Assembly (NCBI GenBank): GCA_021813805.1 | Contig: JAKAJL010000009.1 | Span: 27,594 to 91,593 of the forward strand | DNA length: 64,000 nt | From: Pseudomonadota bacterium | Lineage (GTDB): Bacteria; Pseudomonadota; Alphaproteobacteria; Rhizobiales; Beijerinckiaceae | Direction of reading: 5' to 3' | In this document: piece by piece, positions 1 through 9,651 of the stretch | Layout: every line of letters starts with the position of its first letter | Position numbering within the stretch: position 1 is the stretch's first letter | The notes under the pieces: generated by a model | The model's input: the letters and a program-made list of their open reading frames with translations, nothing else | Told to the model about the DNA's origin: nothing | The model's database searches: none | Position numbers and translations under genes: made by a program

Positions 1-480
1 GGCCCGCTTATCACGCCGAAGGCGTTGGAAAAAGTCGAGGCGCATATTGCCGATGCTTTGGCCAAGGGCGCGCGGGCGCTGGTCGGCGGCAAGCGACATC
101 AGCTTGGCGGCACATTCTTCGAGCCGACGGTCCTGGTCGATGTGGCTCCCCATATGCGCGTGGCGCGGGAGGAGACCTTCGGGCCGCTCGCGCCCTTGTT
201 CAGGTTCAAGAACGAGGCGGATGTCATCGCGCAGGCCAACGCCACCCAATATGGCCTCGCCTCCTATTTTTATGCCCGCGATCTGGGCCGCGTGTTCCGT
301 GTCGCTGAAGCCCTCGAATGCGGGATGGTCGGCGTCAACGTCGGTCTTTTCACGACCGAACTCGCGCCGTTTGGCGGCGTCAAAGAATCCGGCCTCGGCC
401 GCGAAGGTTCGCACCACGGCGTCGATGAATTCGTCGAGATCAAATACGTTCTTCTCGGGGGCCTGGGCGCGCAACTTTAG
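1..480 (+). CDS. gabD: NAD(P)-dependent succinate-semialdehyde dehydrogenase, 3' part (starts before window)
   Basis: ALDH motifs EETFGP, YGLASYFY, APFGGVKESGLGREGS; frame open from base 1 (GPLITPKA...). Confidence 0.85.
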   Translation, partial: GPLITPKALEKVEAHIADALAKGARALVGGKRHQLGGTFFEPTVLVDVAPHMRVAREETFGPLAPLFRFKNEADVIAQANATQYGLASYFYARDLGRVFRVAEALECGMVGVNVGLFTTELAPFGGVKESGLGREGSHHGVDEFVEIKYVLLGGLGAQL

Positions 481-576
481 AGCCGCTCTCGATCAGTCGA
501 TCGTTATCCATTGCAATGTCTCGCAGCGACCCGAGGCGAGCGAGACGTTCAGTCGCGTGGCAAGAGGGAGTCGACC

Positions 577-2142
577 ATGTCGCAGCTTCGCCCGATCTCG
601 CCGTCTTCCCGATCCGACGACGCCGTCGCGTCCTATTTCGGCGCCAAGTCGCCTTGGACGCCGATCAGCCGGCGCCCCTGCCATGCGACGGCGCAAAGCT
701 CCCAGAGTTCCCTTGAGGAATTCGCCGCGGCGGGGCGTCCTTCGATCTTCGGGGCGGCTCGCCAATCGACGGCCTTCGCCCAGGCCGCATTTTCTCTGGC
801 CGCCGCGGGTTCCGACATCCTCGTCATCATGGTCTGCGCCATGATCGCGGGAGCGATTTGTTCGTTCGCCTTCGAAAGCCCGCAGGCCGTCACATCTATG
901 GCTGGGGTCGGGAGCATGGCGGCGGCGATGTTTCTCGTCGTGAATTCGGCGCGGACGGAATATCGATTCGATAATTTCCTGAAAGGGGCAGGGCAGGCCA
1001 GGCGTTGCGCCACGCTGTGGACGCTGACGTTCCTTTGCCTTTTGGCGTTCGGATTCCTCGCCGCTGTCAAGGACCATGATTCGCGCGTCGCCATGCCCAT
1101 CTTTTTCATCGTCGGCATTTGCGCCTTGATCGCCGCGCGGATCGGCGCGACCCGACTTGCGCGAAAATATTCGGGTCGAGGCAGCGCCCTCGCGCGTCGC
1201 GTGTTTGTTGTGGGCTATGCGGACGAGATCAAATCCTTTCGGACGCGCCATGAAGCGTCGACGTACGGATTGGAGATCGTCGCCGCCTTCCCGTTGCGAC
1301 CGCATGGACAGACGCCGCGGGATATCGAGGTCGCGGCGGCGCGGGCCCGCGCGCTTCGGCCCGACGACGTCTTGATCATCGTTCCATGGACGCACAAAAG
1401 AACAATCGACGCATGCGTCGAAGTTTTCCGGACATTGCCGGTCGCAATCCATCTTGGCGCGGAGGCTGTCTTGTCGCGCCATGCCGACGCGCGTATCTCC
1501 GAAATCGGGGGCGTTCTCAGCTTGAGCGTCGCGCGACGGCCGCTGTCGAGCGGCGAACTGGCGTTGAAGCGTCTGCTCGATCTCGTCGGAGCGGGCGCGA
1601 GCCTGGTCGCCCTAGCCCCCTTATTCATTCTGGTGGCGTTGATCATCAGGCTCGATAGTCCGGGGCCGGCGTTCTTTCTGCAGCGGCGTTACGGCTTCAA
1701 CCGGGAACCCTTCCGCATCCTGAAATTCAGAACGATGACGACGATGGAAGACGGTCCATGCGTCATCCCGGCGCAGCGCAACGATCCGCGAGTCACACGC
1801 GTCGGACGTTGGTTGCGGCGCTACAACATCGACGAGCTTCCTCAACTCGTGAATGTTCTGCGCGGGGAAATGTCATTGGTGGGCCCGCGACCGCATGCGT
1901 CTTCCCACGACGAGGCATTCGAGATTTTGATCGCGTCCTACGCGCGGCGCTACAACATGAAGCCGGGCATAACCGGGTGGGCGCAGGTGAACGGATTTCG
2001 CGGCGAGATCAGAACGGAAGACGACATTCTCCGTCGCGTCGAGCATGATCTTTTCTATCTCGATAACTGGTCCATCTGGCTCGATTTCGAATGCGTTTGT
2101 CGAACGGTTTGCTCCGCAAGGGCTTATCTCAACGCCTATTGA
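577..2142 (+). CDS. Undecaprenyl-phosphate glucose phosphotransferase (WcaJ-type priming glycosyltransferase)
   Basis: N-terminal TM helices plus bacterial sugar transferase motifs KRLLD, KFRTM, DPRVT, DELPQ, MSLVGPRP, KPGITGWAQVNG; ATG 577 follows GAGGGAG. Confidence 0.88.
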   Translation: MSQLRPISPSSRSDDAVASYFGAKSPWTPISRRPCHATAQSSQSSLEEFAAAGRPSIFGAARQSTAFAQAAFSLAAAGSDILVIMVCAMIAGAICSFAFESPQAVTSMAGVGSMAAAMFLVVNSARTEYRFDNFLKGAGQARRCATLWTLTFLCLLAFGFLAAVKDHDSRVAMPIFFIVGICALIAARIGATRLARKYSGRGSALARRVFVVGYADEIKSFRTRHEASTYGLEIVAAFPLRPHGQTPRDIEVAAARARALRPDDVLIIVPWTHKRTIDACVEVFRTLPVAIHLGAEAVLSRHADARISEIGGVLSLSVARRPLSSGELALKRLLDLVGAGASLVALAPLFILVALIIRLDSPGPAFFLQRRYGFNREPFRILKFRTMTTMEDGPCVIPAQRNDPRVTRVGRWLRRYNIDELPQLVNVLRGEMSLVGPRPHASSHDEAFEILIASYARRYNMKPGITGWAQVNGFRGEIRTEDDILRRVEHDLFYLDNWSIWLDFECVCRTVCSARAYLNAY

Positions 2143-2250
2143 ACGGAAAAAGTCTTGAATCGCCTGAACCCCTGATCGTCTCGCGCCGCATTCGCGCGGC
2201 GCGGCGGAGAGAAAACTCGCCCGGAACCACTAAGCCCCACGGGCGAGTCA

Positions 2251-2293
2251 GATTCCCGGTTTTTTCCCCCCCCCAAAAAAAAAACCGGGAATC
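2251..2293. repeat. 15-bp perfect inverted repeat enclosing T6-C9-A10 homopolymer tracts upstream of glmM
   Basis: GATTCCCGGTTTTTT (2251-2265) / AAAAAACCGGGAATC (2279-2293). Confidence 0.8.
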
Positions 2294-2380
2294 GCCCATT
2301 GCGATGCGCATCCATGCCTTTCAGGAGGCATTTGCGCGGACTGTTCGGACATGCGTTGACTTGAAGGGAGGCTCCCCGAG

Positions 2381-3718
2381 ATGAACCGCAAAATTTTTGG
2401 CACAGATGGAATTCGCGGTCTCGCGAACAAGGCGATCACGCCGGAACTGGCCCTGAAAGTCGGGCAGGCGGCCGGAATCGCATTGCAGCATGGCGATCAT
2501 CGCAACCGTGTGGTGATCGGAAAGGACACGCGCCTTTCCGGCTACATGATCGAATATGCGCTGGTCGCGGGCTTCACCTCGGTTGGGATGGATGTGTTGC
2601 TGCTTGGCCCGATTCCCACGCCGGCGGTGGCCATGCTGACGCGGTCGATGCGCGCCGATCTTGGCGTGATGATCTCCGCCTCGCACAATCCTTTCGAAGA
2701 TAATGGCGTCAAACTCTTCGGGCCACAGGGGTATAAGCTGTCCGACGAGGTCGAGGAACGGATCGAGCGCCTGCTGGCCTCCGACCTCGCGTCGAAATTG
2801 GCAAGACCGGCCGATTTGGGACGGGCGCGCCGGGTCGACGACGTCCGGGCGCGCTATACCGAATATGTGAAGCACACTTTGCCCCGCAACCTTTCGTTCG
2901 ATGGGCTGCGAGTTGTTGTCGATTGCGCCAATGGAGCGGCCTACAAGGTCGCGCCGGAGGCGCTATGGGAATTGGGCGCAGAGGTGTTTTCGATCGGCGT
3001 CGAACCGGAGGGAACGAATATCAATCGCGACGTCGGATCGACCGCGCCGGCTACCCTGGCCGCGAGAGTACGGGAGTTGCGCGCCGACATAGGCATCGCG
3101 CTCGATGGCGATGCCGACAGGGTCCTGATCGTGGACGAACATGGGAGCCTCGTCGACGGAGATCAGTTGATGGCGCTTGTGGCGCAGACTTGGCACGAAG
3201 ATGGCCGGCTGTCGCAACCGGGGATCGTGGCGACGATCATGTCCAATTTTGGCCTGGAGCGCTTTCTCGGCGCGATCGGGCTGTCCCTCGCGCGCACCCC
3301 CGTCGGCGACCGCTATGTGCTCGAATATATGCGCACGCATGGATATAATGTCGGTGGGGAACAATCCGGCCACATGATCCTGTCCGATTATTGCACCACC
3401 GGCGACGGCCTGATCGCCGCCTTGCAGGTGATGGCCGTCATCAAGCGGCGGGAAAAGCCGGTGAGCGAAGTTTGCCATGCCTTCGAACCGTTTCCGCAAA
3501 TCCTGAAAAACGTCCGCTTCAAGGGCGCCGCGCCGCTCGAGAAGGCCGCCGTGACCAAGGCGATCCGGTCCGCTCGCGAAATGCTTGGCGTCGAAGGTCG
3601 GCTCGTTGTCCGTCCGTCGGGCACGGAGCCCGTCATCCGGGTGATGGCGGAAGGCAGCGACCTCGCGCTTGTCGAACGCATCGTCGACGATGTCTGCGAC
3701 GCCGTGGGCGCGCGATAA
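2381..3718 (+). CDS. glmM: Phosphoglucosamine mutase
   Basis: [22 protein letters not shown] phosphoserine loop, DGDADR, GGEQSGH, RPSGTEP; GGGAGG RBS. Confidence 0.96.
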   Translation: MNRKIFGTDGIRGLANKAITPELALKVGQAAGIALQHGDHRNRVVIGKDTRLSGYMIEYALVAGFTSVGMDVLLLGPIPTPAVAMLTRSMRADLGVMISASHNPFEDNGVKLFGPQGYKLSDEVEERIERLLASDLASKLARPADLGRARRVDDVRARYTEYVKHTLPRNLSFDGLRVVVDCANGAAYKVAPEALWELGAEVFSIGVEPEGTNINRDVGSTAPATLAARVRELRADIGIALDGDADRVLIVDEHGSLVDGDQLMALVAQTWHEDGRLSQPGIVATIMSNFGLERFLGAIGLSLARTPVGDRYVLEYMRTHGYNVGGEQSGHMILSDYCTTGDGLIAALQVMAVIKRREKPVSEVCHAFEPFPQILKNVRFKGAAPLEKAAVTKAIRSAREMLGVEGRLVVRPSGTEPVIRVMAEGSDLALVERIVDDVCDAVGAR

Positions 3719-3895
3719 ATCCCGGCGCAGAAGTCGAGAATCCCGCGCTCGTTACTCGCTTTCGGCGCCGCCTGACCTCTCGGTCCGACATGCCGACCGA
3801 GAATGCGCCGATCGACGACTTTCGTTCCCGCCTTGCGTCGCGGCCAGGAGTTGAGCCAGGCTCAGGGAAAGCCGGAAGATCAATTCAGGAACGCG

Positions 3896-5605
3896 ATGAC
3901 CATGGCTTCGAACGCCGACCCCCGTACGGGCGGACAGATCCTCGTCGATCAACTCGTCGCGCAAGGCGTCGAGAACGTCTTCTGTGTTCCGGGGGAATCC
4001 TATCTATCCGTGCTGGATGCGCTTTACGACGCCCCGATCGCGCTGACCGTTTGCCGCCAGGAAACCGGCGCCGGAATCATGGCGGAAGCCGCGGGCAGGC
4101 TGAGCGGGCGACCGGGGATTTTCTTCGTCACCCGCGGTCCAGGCGCGACAAATGCGGCGCACGCCATCCATATCGCCGACCAGGCCGGCACGCCGGTCAT
4201 CCTGTTCATCGGCCAGATCGGGCGCGGCATGCGCGAACGTGACGCTTTCCAGGAAATGGACTATCGGGCGTTTTTTGGATCGACGACGAAATGGGCGACC
4301 GAAATCGATGACGCCAGACGCATTCCGGAACTGGTGTCCCGCGCCTTTCACATCGCCCAGCAAGGCCGCCCCGGGCCGGTCGTCATCGCCCTCCCGGAGG
4401 ATATGTTGCAGGAGAAGGCCGCAGTCGCTGACGCGCCTCGCGTCGATCCTGTCGAGATCTGGCCGGGATGGCCCCAGATTCGCGCGTTGGAAAAGCTGTT
4501 CCATGACGCGGAAAGGCCGATGATGATTGTCGGCGGCTCCGGCTGGAGCGAGGCTGGCGCGGCGGCGATCACCCGTTTCGCCGAACGCTTTGAACTGCCG
4601 ACGGCTGCTTCGTTTCGCCGTGCGACGCTGATCCCGAACCATCATGACTGTTATGCGGGCGAACTCGGCATCGGCGCGAATCCGAAGTTGCGGAACCGGG
4701 TCGAGCGCGCCGACTTGATCTTGCTGGTCGGCGGGCGCATGGGCGATATTCCCTCGCAGGGATATGAATTGCTCGACGTCCCGAAACCTCGACAGACGCT
4801 CGTGCATGTTCACGCGCATTCCGGTGAGATCGGCCGCGTGTATCATCCCGATCTCGGGATTGTGGCGACCCCCAACGCCTTCTCCGCCACCCTCGAAAAG
4901 CTGCCGCCGCCCTCGCCATGTCGGTGGGCCGACGAACGTGAAATGGCGCGCCAAGATTACCTCGAATGGACGAAAGAGCCCGCGCCGGGACCGGGTCCGA
5001 CGCAGCTGGGCGAAATTTTCATCTGGTTGCGCGACAGGATGCCTGCCGATGCGATCGTCACCAACGGCGCAGGAAATTTTGCATTGTGGGTTGGACGCTA
5101 TCTGCGGTTCGGGCGTTTTGGAACCCATCTTGGCCCGGTGTCGGGCTCGATGGGTTACGGCCTGCCCGCAGCCGTGGGCGCCCAAAGGCTGCATCCTGAT
5201 CGTTTGGTCGTCTGCTTCTGCGGCGATGGTGATTTCTTGATGAACGGGCAAGAATTCGCCACGGCCGTCCAGTATGACCTACCCATCGTGGTCGCGGTGA
5301 TCGACAACGGCATGTATGGCACGATCCGTATGCATCAGGAACGGCGATACCCCGGGCGGGTCTGCGGAACGAGCCTGCGCAATCCCGATTTCGCCGCCTA
5401 CGCCAGGGCTTTCGGCGGGCATGGCGAAATCGTCGAAAAGACCGCCGATTTCCCCGCGGCCTTTGAGCGCTGCCGCTCGACCGGGAAGCCGTCGATCATT
5501 CATATCAAGGTGGATCCCGATGCGATCACCCCGAGCATGACGCTTTCGGGCTTGCGCGCGGCCGCCGAAACGCGCCGGCGCCTTCCGTCAAACGAGGCGG
5601 GCTGA
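3896..5605 (+). CDS. Thiamine pyrophosphate-binding protein (acetolactate synthase large subunit-like, substrate unknown)
   Basis: FCVPGES, TRGPGATN, GRPGPV, GSMGYG, GDGDFLM...N TPP motif; start at 3896 or 3902. Confidence 0.85.
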   Translation: MTMASNADPRTGGQILVDQLVAQGVENVFCVPGESYLSVLDALYDAPIALTVCRQETGAGIMAEAAGRLSGRPGIFFVTRGPGATNAAHAIHIADQAGTPVILFIGQIGRGMRERDAFQEMDYRAFFGSTTKWATEIDDARRIPELVSRAFHIAQQGRPGPVVIALPEDMLQEKAAVADAPRVDPVEIWPGWPQIRALEKLFHDAERPMMIVGGSGWSEAGAAAITRFAERFELPTAASFRRATLIPNHHDCYAGELGIGANPKLRNRVERADLILLVGGRMGDIPSQGYELLDVPKPRQTLVHVHAHSGEIGRVYHPDLGIVATPNAFSATLEKLPPPSPCRWADEREMARQDYLEWTKEPAPGPGPTQLGEIFIWLRDRMPADAIVTNGAGNFALWVGRYLRFGRFGTHLGPVSGSMGYGLPAAVGAQRLHPDRLVVCFCGDGDFLMNGQEFATAVQYDLPIVVAVIDNGMYGTIRMHQERRYPGRVCGTSLRNPDFAAYARAFGGHGEIVEKTADFPAAFERCRSTGKPSIIHIKVDPDAITPSMTLSGLRAAAETRRRLPSNEAG

Positions 5606-5642
5606 TGCTGATCCTTCCTTCAATTCCGCGGCCTCGCCCCCC

Positions 5643-5676
5643 CGCGGCGTCATCGACTCGTTCGATGAACGCCGCG
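5643..5676. terminator. GC-rich hairpin after the TPP gene (possible terminator, no U-tract)
   Basis: CGCGGCGTCATCGA-ctcgt-TCGATGaACGCCGCG. Confidence 0.35.
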
Positions 5677-5779
5677 ACGCTCGCGCGGCTTTGAGCCGGC
5701 AGTCGCTTTACGACGAGAATGGGCAAGCGCCGGCGTAGTCTCTTATCAGGCGCGGCGCCTTCCTCGTTCGATCCCGATT

Positions 5780-6089
5780 TATGGCCCTAATGGCTTATCA
5801 GGCTATTATCTATCAAACATCCACGCATAATTCTCACGAATTGTGAACAGTTATGTATATAATTTACCACCCTCGCCATCATTTCATGCATAAATATACT
5901 TTATACCAGATATTTAGCCACACTTTTTCCGCTAATGCCGTCATACGTATAACTACGTAAACAATTTATTTAAAAAAAATTTATTGTGCTTTTGAACGAA
6001 AGCGGCTAAGGCTTATGCATTGTAATTAGGTGAACCCATAACGTCTAAGCGTTCATAAGAAACGCTCAGAATGTTCAGGGAGTTTCGCA
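5780..6089 (+). promoter_or_regulatory. AT-rich control region of the luxR-nusG cassette
   Basis: Marked AT enrichment relative to flanks; TACGTA-taac-TACGTA near 5945-5960 and TCACgaattGTGA near 5834-5846. Confidence 0.5.
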
Positions 6090-6773
6090 ATGGCGGCGAG
6101 TTATCATGAGCACTACGTAGATTCACGTATATCGCCTGCGGGGAGGGCCTCTATTCCGGATCCGTTACCGACAGTAGATTGTCCAACCCTTGGGGAAACA
6201 TTACTCGACGCGCTTGATCGTGTCGGCTATGGCGGACTCGTTGTCGACGGTCAGGGAAATGTGAACGCAATCAACCTTGTCGGCCGCCGTCTTCTCGAAC
6301 ACATCATGAATCGCCCCCCGTCCTCGAAGGCGGAGGAGGCCGAGTGGCTCAGCCAATCCGTGCGACGCTTGCAGAATCGAGCGACGCCGTGGTTCCCCCG
6401 CGATACCGAAGCGTGGACGACGATATCCGGCGCAGGCGATTTCGGCGTCAACGAAAGACCTCTGGCCTTTTATCGCGTTCCTTTGGCCGAAGGCTCCGGC
6501 CGCAACCGGGCGGCCCTCTTCATCCTGGCTGATTTCGGCTCCATCCCGCAGCCCAATCCGGCGGCGCTGCGACGCATATTCGGACTGACGGCCGCCGAAG
6601 CGAAAGTCGCCGTTCAGATCGGACGGGGCGACATGCTTTCGGACATCGCCAACGAACAAAATGTCTCCATTGCGACCGTGCGATCGCAACTCGCCTCAGT
6701 CTTCGCGAAAACGCAGACGCGCCGACAAACTGAACTCGCGATGCTGTTGGCTCGAATCGCGATCCTGCCCTGA
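6090..6773 (+). CDS. LuxR-family HTH transcriptional regulator with PAS-like N-terminus
   Basis: C-terminal FGLTAAEAKVA...SIATVRSQLASVFAKT...RQTEL; N-terminal GGLVVDGQGNVNAIN. Confidence 0.88.
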   Translation: MAASYHEHYVDSRISPAGRASIPDPLPTVDCPTLGETLLDALDRVGYGGLVVDGQGNVNAINLVGRRLLEHIMNRPPSSKAEEAEWLSQSVRRLQNRATPWFPRDTEAWTTISGAGDFGVNERPLAFYRVPLAEGSGRNRAALFILADFGSIPQPNPAALRRIFGLTAAEAKVAVQIGRGDMLSDIANEQNVSIATVRSQLASVFAKTQTRRQTELAMLLARIAILP

Positions 6774-6780
6774 AACCGAG

Positions 6781-7395
6781 ATGCATGCATTGCGGCGCGA
6801 ATTGGCGCCTGGGGAGCGGGCCATGCCAGCGAATGAACGTTGTTTGTCGACATTGGGCGCATCGTGGGCTCCCGCCACGGATTACGCCCTGAATGGCGGG
6901 GAGCGGTGGTATGTCGTTCACACCCAAGCTCAGCGCGAGACCACGGCGCAGGCGCAGCTTGGCCTTCAAGGCTTTCGCTCCTTCATGCCACGCTATGAGA
7001 AGACGGTGCGGCATGCGCGCAAGCTGACGAGGACACGCGCGCCCCTGTTTCCTCGCTACGTCTTCATCATTCTCGACATCGACCGTCAGCCCTGGCACAG
7101 CGTGAATGGCACGATAGGCGTCGTCAGTCTGCTGATGTCGCGCGACCGGCCGTTGGCGGCGCCCACGGGCGTGGTCGAGGCGCTGATCGCGATGAGTTCG
7201 AACGACAAGGAACAACTCTTCCTTCCAAAGCTGACGCCAGGTCAGAAAGTTCGTCTGGTCGCGGGGCCGTTCGCCGAACAGCTTGGCGTGCTGGAACAGT
7301 TCGACGATCGCGGCAGGGTCCGCGTCCTGTTGGAAATGATGGGCGCCTGGTATCCTGTTTGTGTGCCTTGTAGCGACGTGCTTCCCGTCGCTTAG
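6781..7395 (+). CDS. NusG/RfaH-like specialised transcription antiterminator (NGN + KOW)
   Basis: WYVVHT...E...A, PLFPRYVF, T.GV, KOW GQKVRLVAGPF...G...RVRVLL; start at 6781 or 6823. Confidence 0.88.
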   Translation: MHALRRELAPGERAMPANERCLSTLGASWAPATDYALNGGERWYVVHTQAQRETTAQAQLGLQGFRSFMPRYEKTVRHARKLTRTRAPLFPRYVFIILDIDRQPWHSVNGTIGVVSLLMSRDRPLAAPTGVVEALIAMSSNDKEQLFLPKLTPGQKVRLVAGPFAEQLGVLEQFDDRGRVRVLLEMMGAWYPVCVPCSDVLPVA

Positions 7396-7562
7396 GGTCG
7401 ATTTCGATGCGAATGGCTCGATTTCCATGACCATCGGCGCGCCCTGTTCACGCGCCGTTCCCGGCGCGCGACTCGATCGGCGGCCATTCATTTTGCTGCG
7501 ATACGAGATTTAAGCTCAGAAAACGGAGCGCAGAGGGAGCATCGGCGCCTGGGAGGTGAAAT

Positions 7563-8339
7563 ATGCAACCTTACGCCAAGAAACTCACGCGTTCAGTCTC
7601 GATGTTTGTCCCTTCGCTTCGCGAGACGAGGGTCGCCGCCCAAATAGCGATGATCGAACTGCTGCGACGGCCATGGCGTCCGGACGTGGCGGCGGTCGGC
7701 GGACTCATCGAGGAAGAGCCTCTCATCCTTGACGTTGGAGCAAATCGCGGCTTATCGGTCGCCAGTTTGCTCATGTTGAAGCCAAAAGCGCAAATAGTCG
7801 CATTCGAACCGCTTGCAGATCTCGCCAATCAGCTTAAGTCAAAATATAAAGATCATGCGAATGTCCGCATATATTCATATGCGCTTAGCATCGATGAAGC
7901 TACCACGAATATCTATATACCTATTTATCGAGGATGCGTCATGGATACTCTCGCTGCCTTAAAACGCGAGGATGCTGAAGACTGGATTAATCAAGACAGG
8001 GTGCTTTGGTTCAATAGGGACAAGTTGACGGTAAAGCATCAGGAAGTGCATGCGATGCGGCTGGATGATATGCATTTCGAACCTCATATTATAAAAATAT
8101 ACGCTCAATCTCATGAGCCTAAGGTGATTGCTGGAGGAGAGCAGACGATCAAAAAAAACGAGCCGGCAATACTTGTTCCTGCCCGGATTCCTGAAATCGA
8201 CGGCCGACTGAGGGATCTCGGTTATGGGAGATACGCTTTTCATGACGGAACATTCTACGCCGAGGGTGAGGGTAAATACTCCTCGTGGTACCTTAAACCT
8301 AAACACAGAGATCAGTTCATTTATCGGTGGGTGACATGA
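7563..8339 (+). CDS. FkbM-family methyltransferase
   Basis: ILDVGANRG, VAFEP, ALS, RLDD, IIKI motifs; GGGAGG RBS; lower GC than flanks. Confidence 0.8.
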   Translation: MQPYAKKLTRSVSMFVPSLRETRVAAQIAMIELLRRPWRPDVAAVGGLIEEEPLILDVGANRGLSVASLLMLKPKAQIVAFEPLADLANQLKSKYKDHANVRIYSYALSIDEATTNIYIPIYRGCVMDTLAALKREDAEDWINQDRVLWFNRDKLTVKHQEVHAMRLDDMHFEPHIIKIYAQSHEPKVIAGGEQTIKKNEPAILVPARIPEIDGRLRDLGYGRYAFHDGTFYAEGEGKYSSWYLKPKHRDQFIYRWVT

Positions 8340-8383
8340 AGTTTAACGTGCTTCCGTTGCGTAGCGCTTAGCCCCAAGGACTG

Positions 8384-9451
8384 TCACGTTTGTTGTTTTA
8401 GATACGCCTCGCGGATTCTTTGGGACTGCTCGTCATAGAGAAACGTGATGAAGGCATAACGCCGGCCGACGGTCACGGGCATCACCTCATGCAAAAGAGA
8501 GCACGAGAAAACAATGGCGTCGCCCGGGTCGGTTCTGTATGTCTGATCGCCGAATTCGGGAAAGCGCAAACGCCCGCCTTCGAAGTTATCGTTCAAGATG
8601 ATGCTCAGGGCAAAGCGGCGGTGAGCGACAGGCGGGGCCGTATTGTCGCGGTGCGGACGAAAATAGCCGCCAGCGCCGGCGTCATAGCAGCCGACGAGAT
8701 AACGCTCGATGCGCGTCGTGGGAAACTGGAAGGCGCGATAGACCATGGGCAACAGCCGACGCTCAAGCGTTTCCCGGCATGTTTTCAGCGCATCGCTATC
8801 AACGATATAATGGTCAAGGCGTTTGCGGAACGTGGGGTCAAACCGTTCGATTTTACCGTCCTTTTTGGTGAAGCCAAAGTCCCTTCCGCCGTCCGAATCA
8901 TAGATGTCGATCAGTCGCTGACAGAACGCGGCATCGAAAACGCCAGGAACGATCAGGATGGGAGCGTGCTCGCCGCCGGGAGGCCGGGCGAGAACCTGAG
9001 CCAGCAGCGATATCGACTGCCGAACGAATTCCCCGGCGCCATCGAATGGGATGACGTGCAGGATCCGTTGAGTGGCGCTGAGCAGAAACGCTGTGGGGCG
9101 AACGGCGCGCGCCGGCGTTGTGGCGAGCGCTAGTCCGTATCGTGCGGCGACATCGCCGTTCGGATCCAGCAGGTAGATTTGGCCGGCTCTCTTCGGCAGG
9201 CGTTCCAGCCTGAAATCGTCGGGATCGCCGCCAATTCCAATGAAGAGCGCGCGTTCGCCGTCGAAAATCGTTTCGTCTGGATCGAGCGAGGCGAGGGTTT
9301 CCGCGACCCCCGGCGCGCCGCCAGAGCCGAAGAAAAACAACAGGATCGGGCGGCCCGCCAATTCGTCAAAAATGACTGAGCGGTCGTCGCTGCTGCCGAG
9401 CGCCGGAAACCAGGGCGCTGGATCGCCGACATCGAGAGGAAAGCGCGCCAT
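8384..9451 (-). CDS. 2OG-Fe(II) oxygenase with N-terminal AhpC/redoxin-like domain
   Basis: N-term VGDPAPWF...LAGRPILLFF...DPNGDVAARYG; C-term FRPHRD, FEGGRLRFPE, LLHEV.PV..G.RY. Confidence 0.85.
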   Translation of the reverse strand: MARFPLDVGDPAPWFPALGSSDDRSVIFDELAGRPILLFFFGSGGAPGVAETLASLDPDETIFDGERALFIGIGGDPDDFRLERLPKRAGQIYLLDPNGDVAARYGLALATTPARAVRPTAFLLSATQRILHVIPFDGAGEFVRQSISLLAQVLARPPGGEHAPILIVPGVFDAAFCQRLIDIYDSDGGRDFGFTKKDGKIERFDPTFRKRLDHYIVDSDALKTCRETLERRLLPMVYRAFQFPTTRIERYLVGCYDAGAGGYFRPHRDNTAPPVAHRRFALSIILNDNFEGGRLRFPEFGDQTYRTDPGDAIVFSCSLLHEVMPVTVGRRYAFITFLYDEQSQRIREAYLKQQT

Positions 9452-9651
9452 GATCGTTCACTCGGTGTCCCTTGTCGCATTTATCGGGAATTGCATTCAG
9501 GCGGTCGGAATTGTTCGGATCGGATTGTGTCGTCAGCGTGTCGGCCTTCGAAGGAATCGGCAAGCCAATCGTGCGGTCACCACTGGGCGCCGACGGTTCA
9601 TTCCTTTTGTTTGAACGCGTCTCGATGGCGACCGTTAGCGAATTTAACGAA

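Noticed and set aside
9039..9051. 13-bp match to the guaA 3' end (44534-44546) as an att site
   Set aside because: Inverted rather than direct, and inside an intact coding sequence; likely chance.
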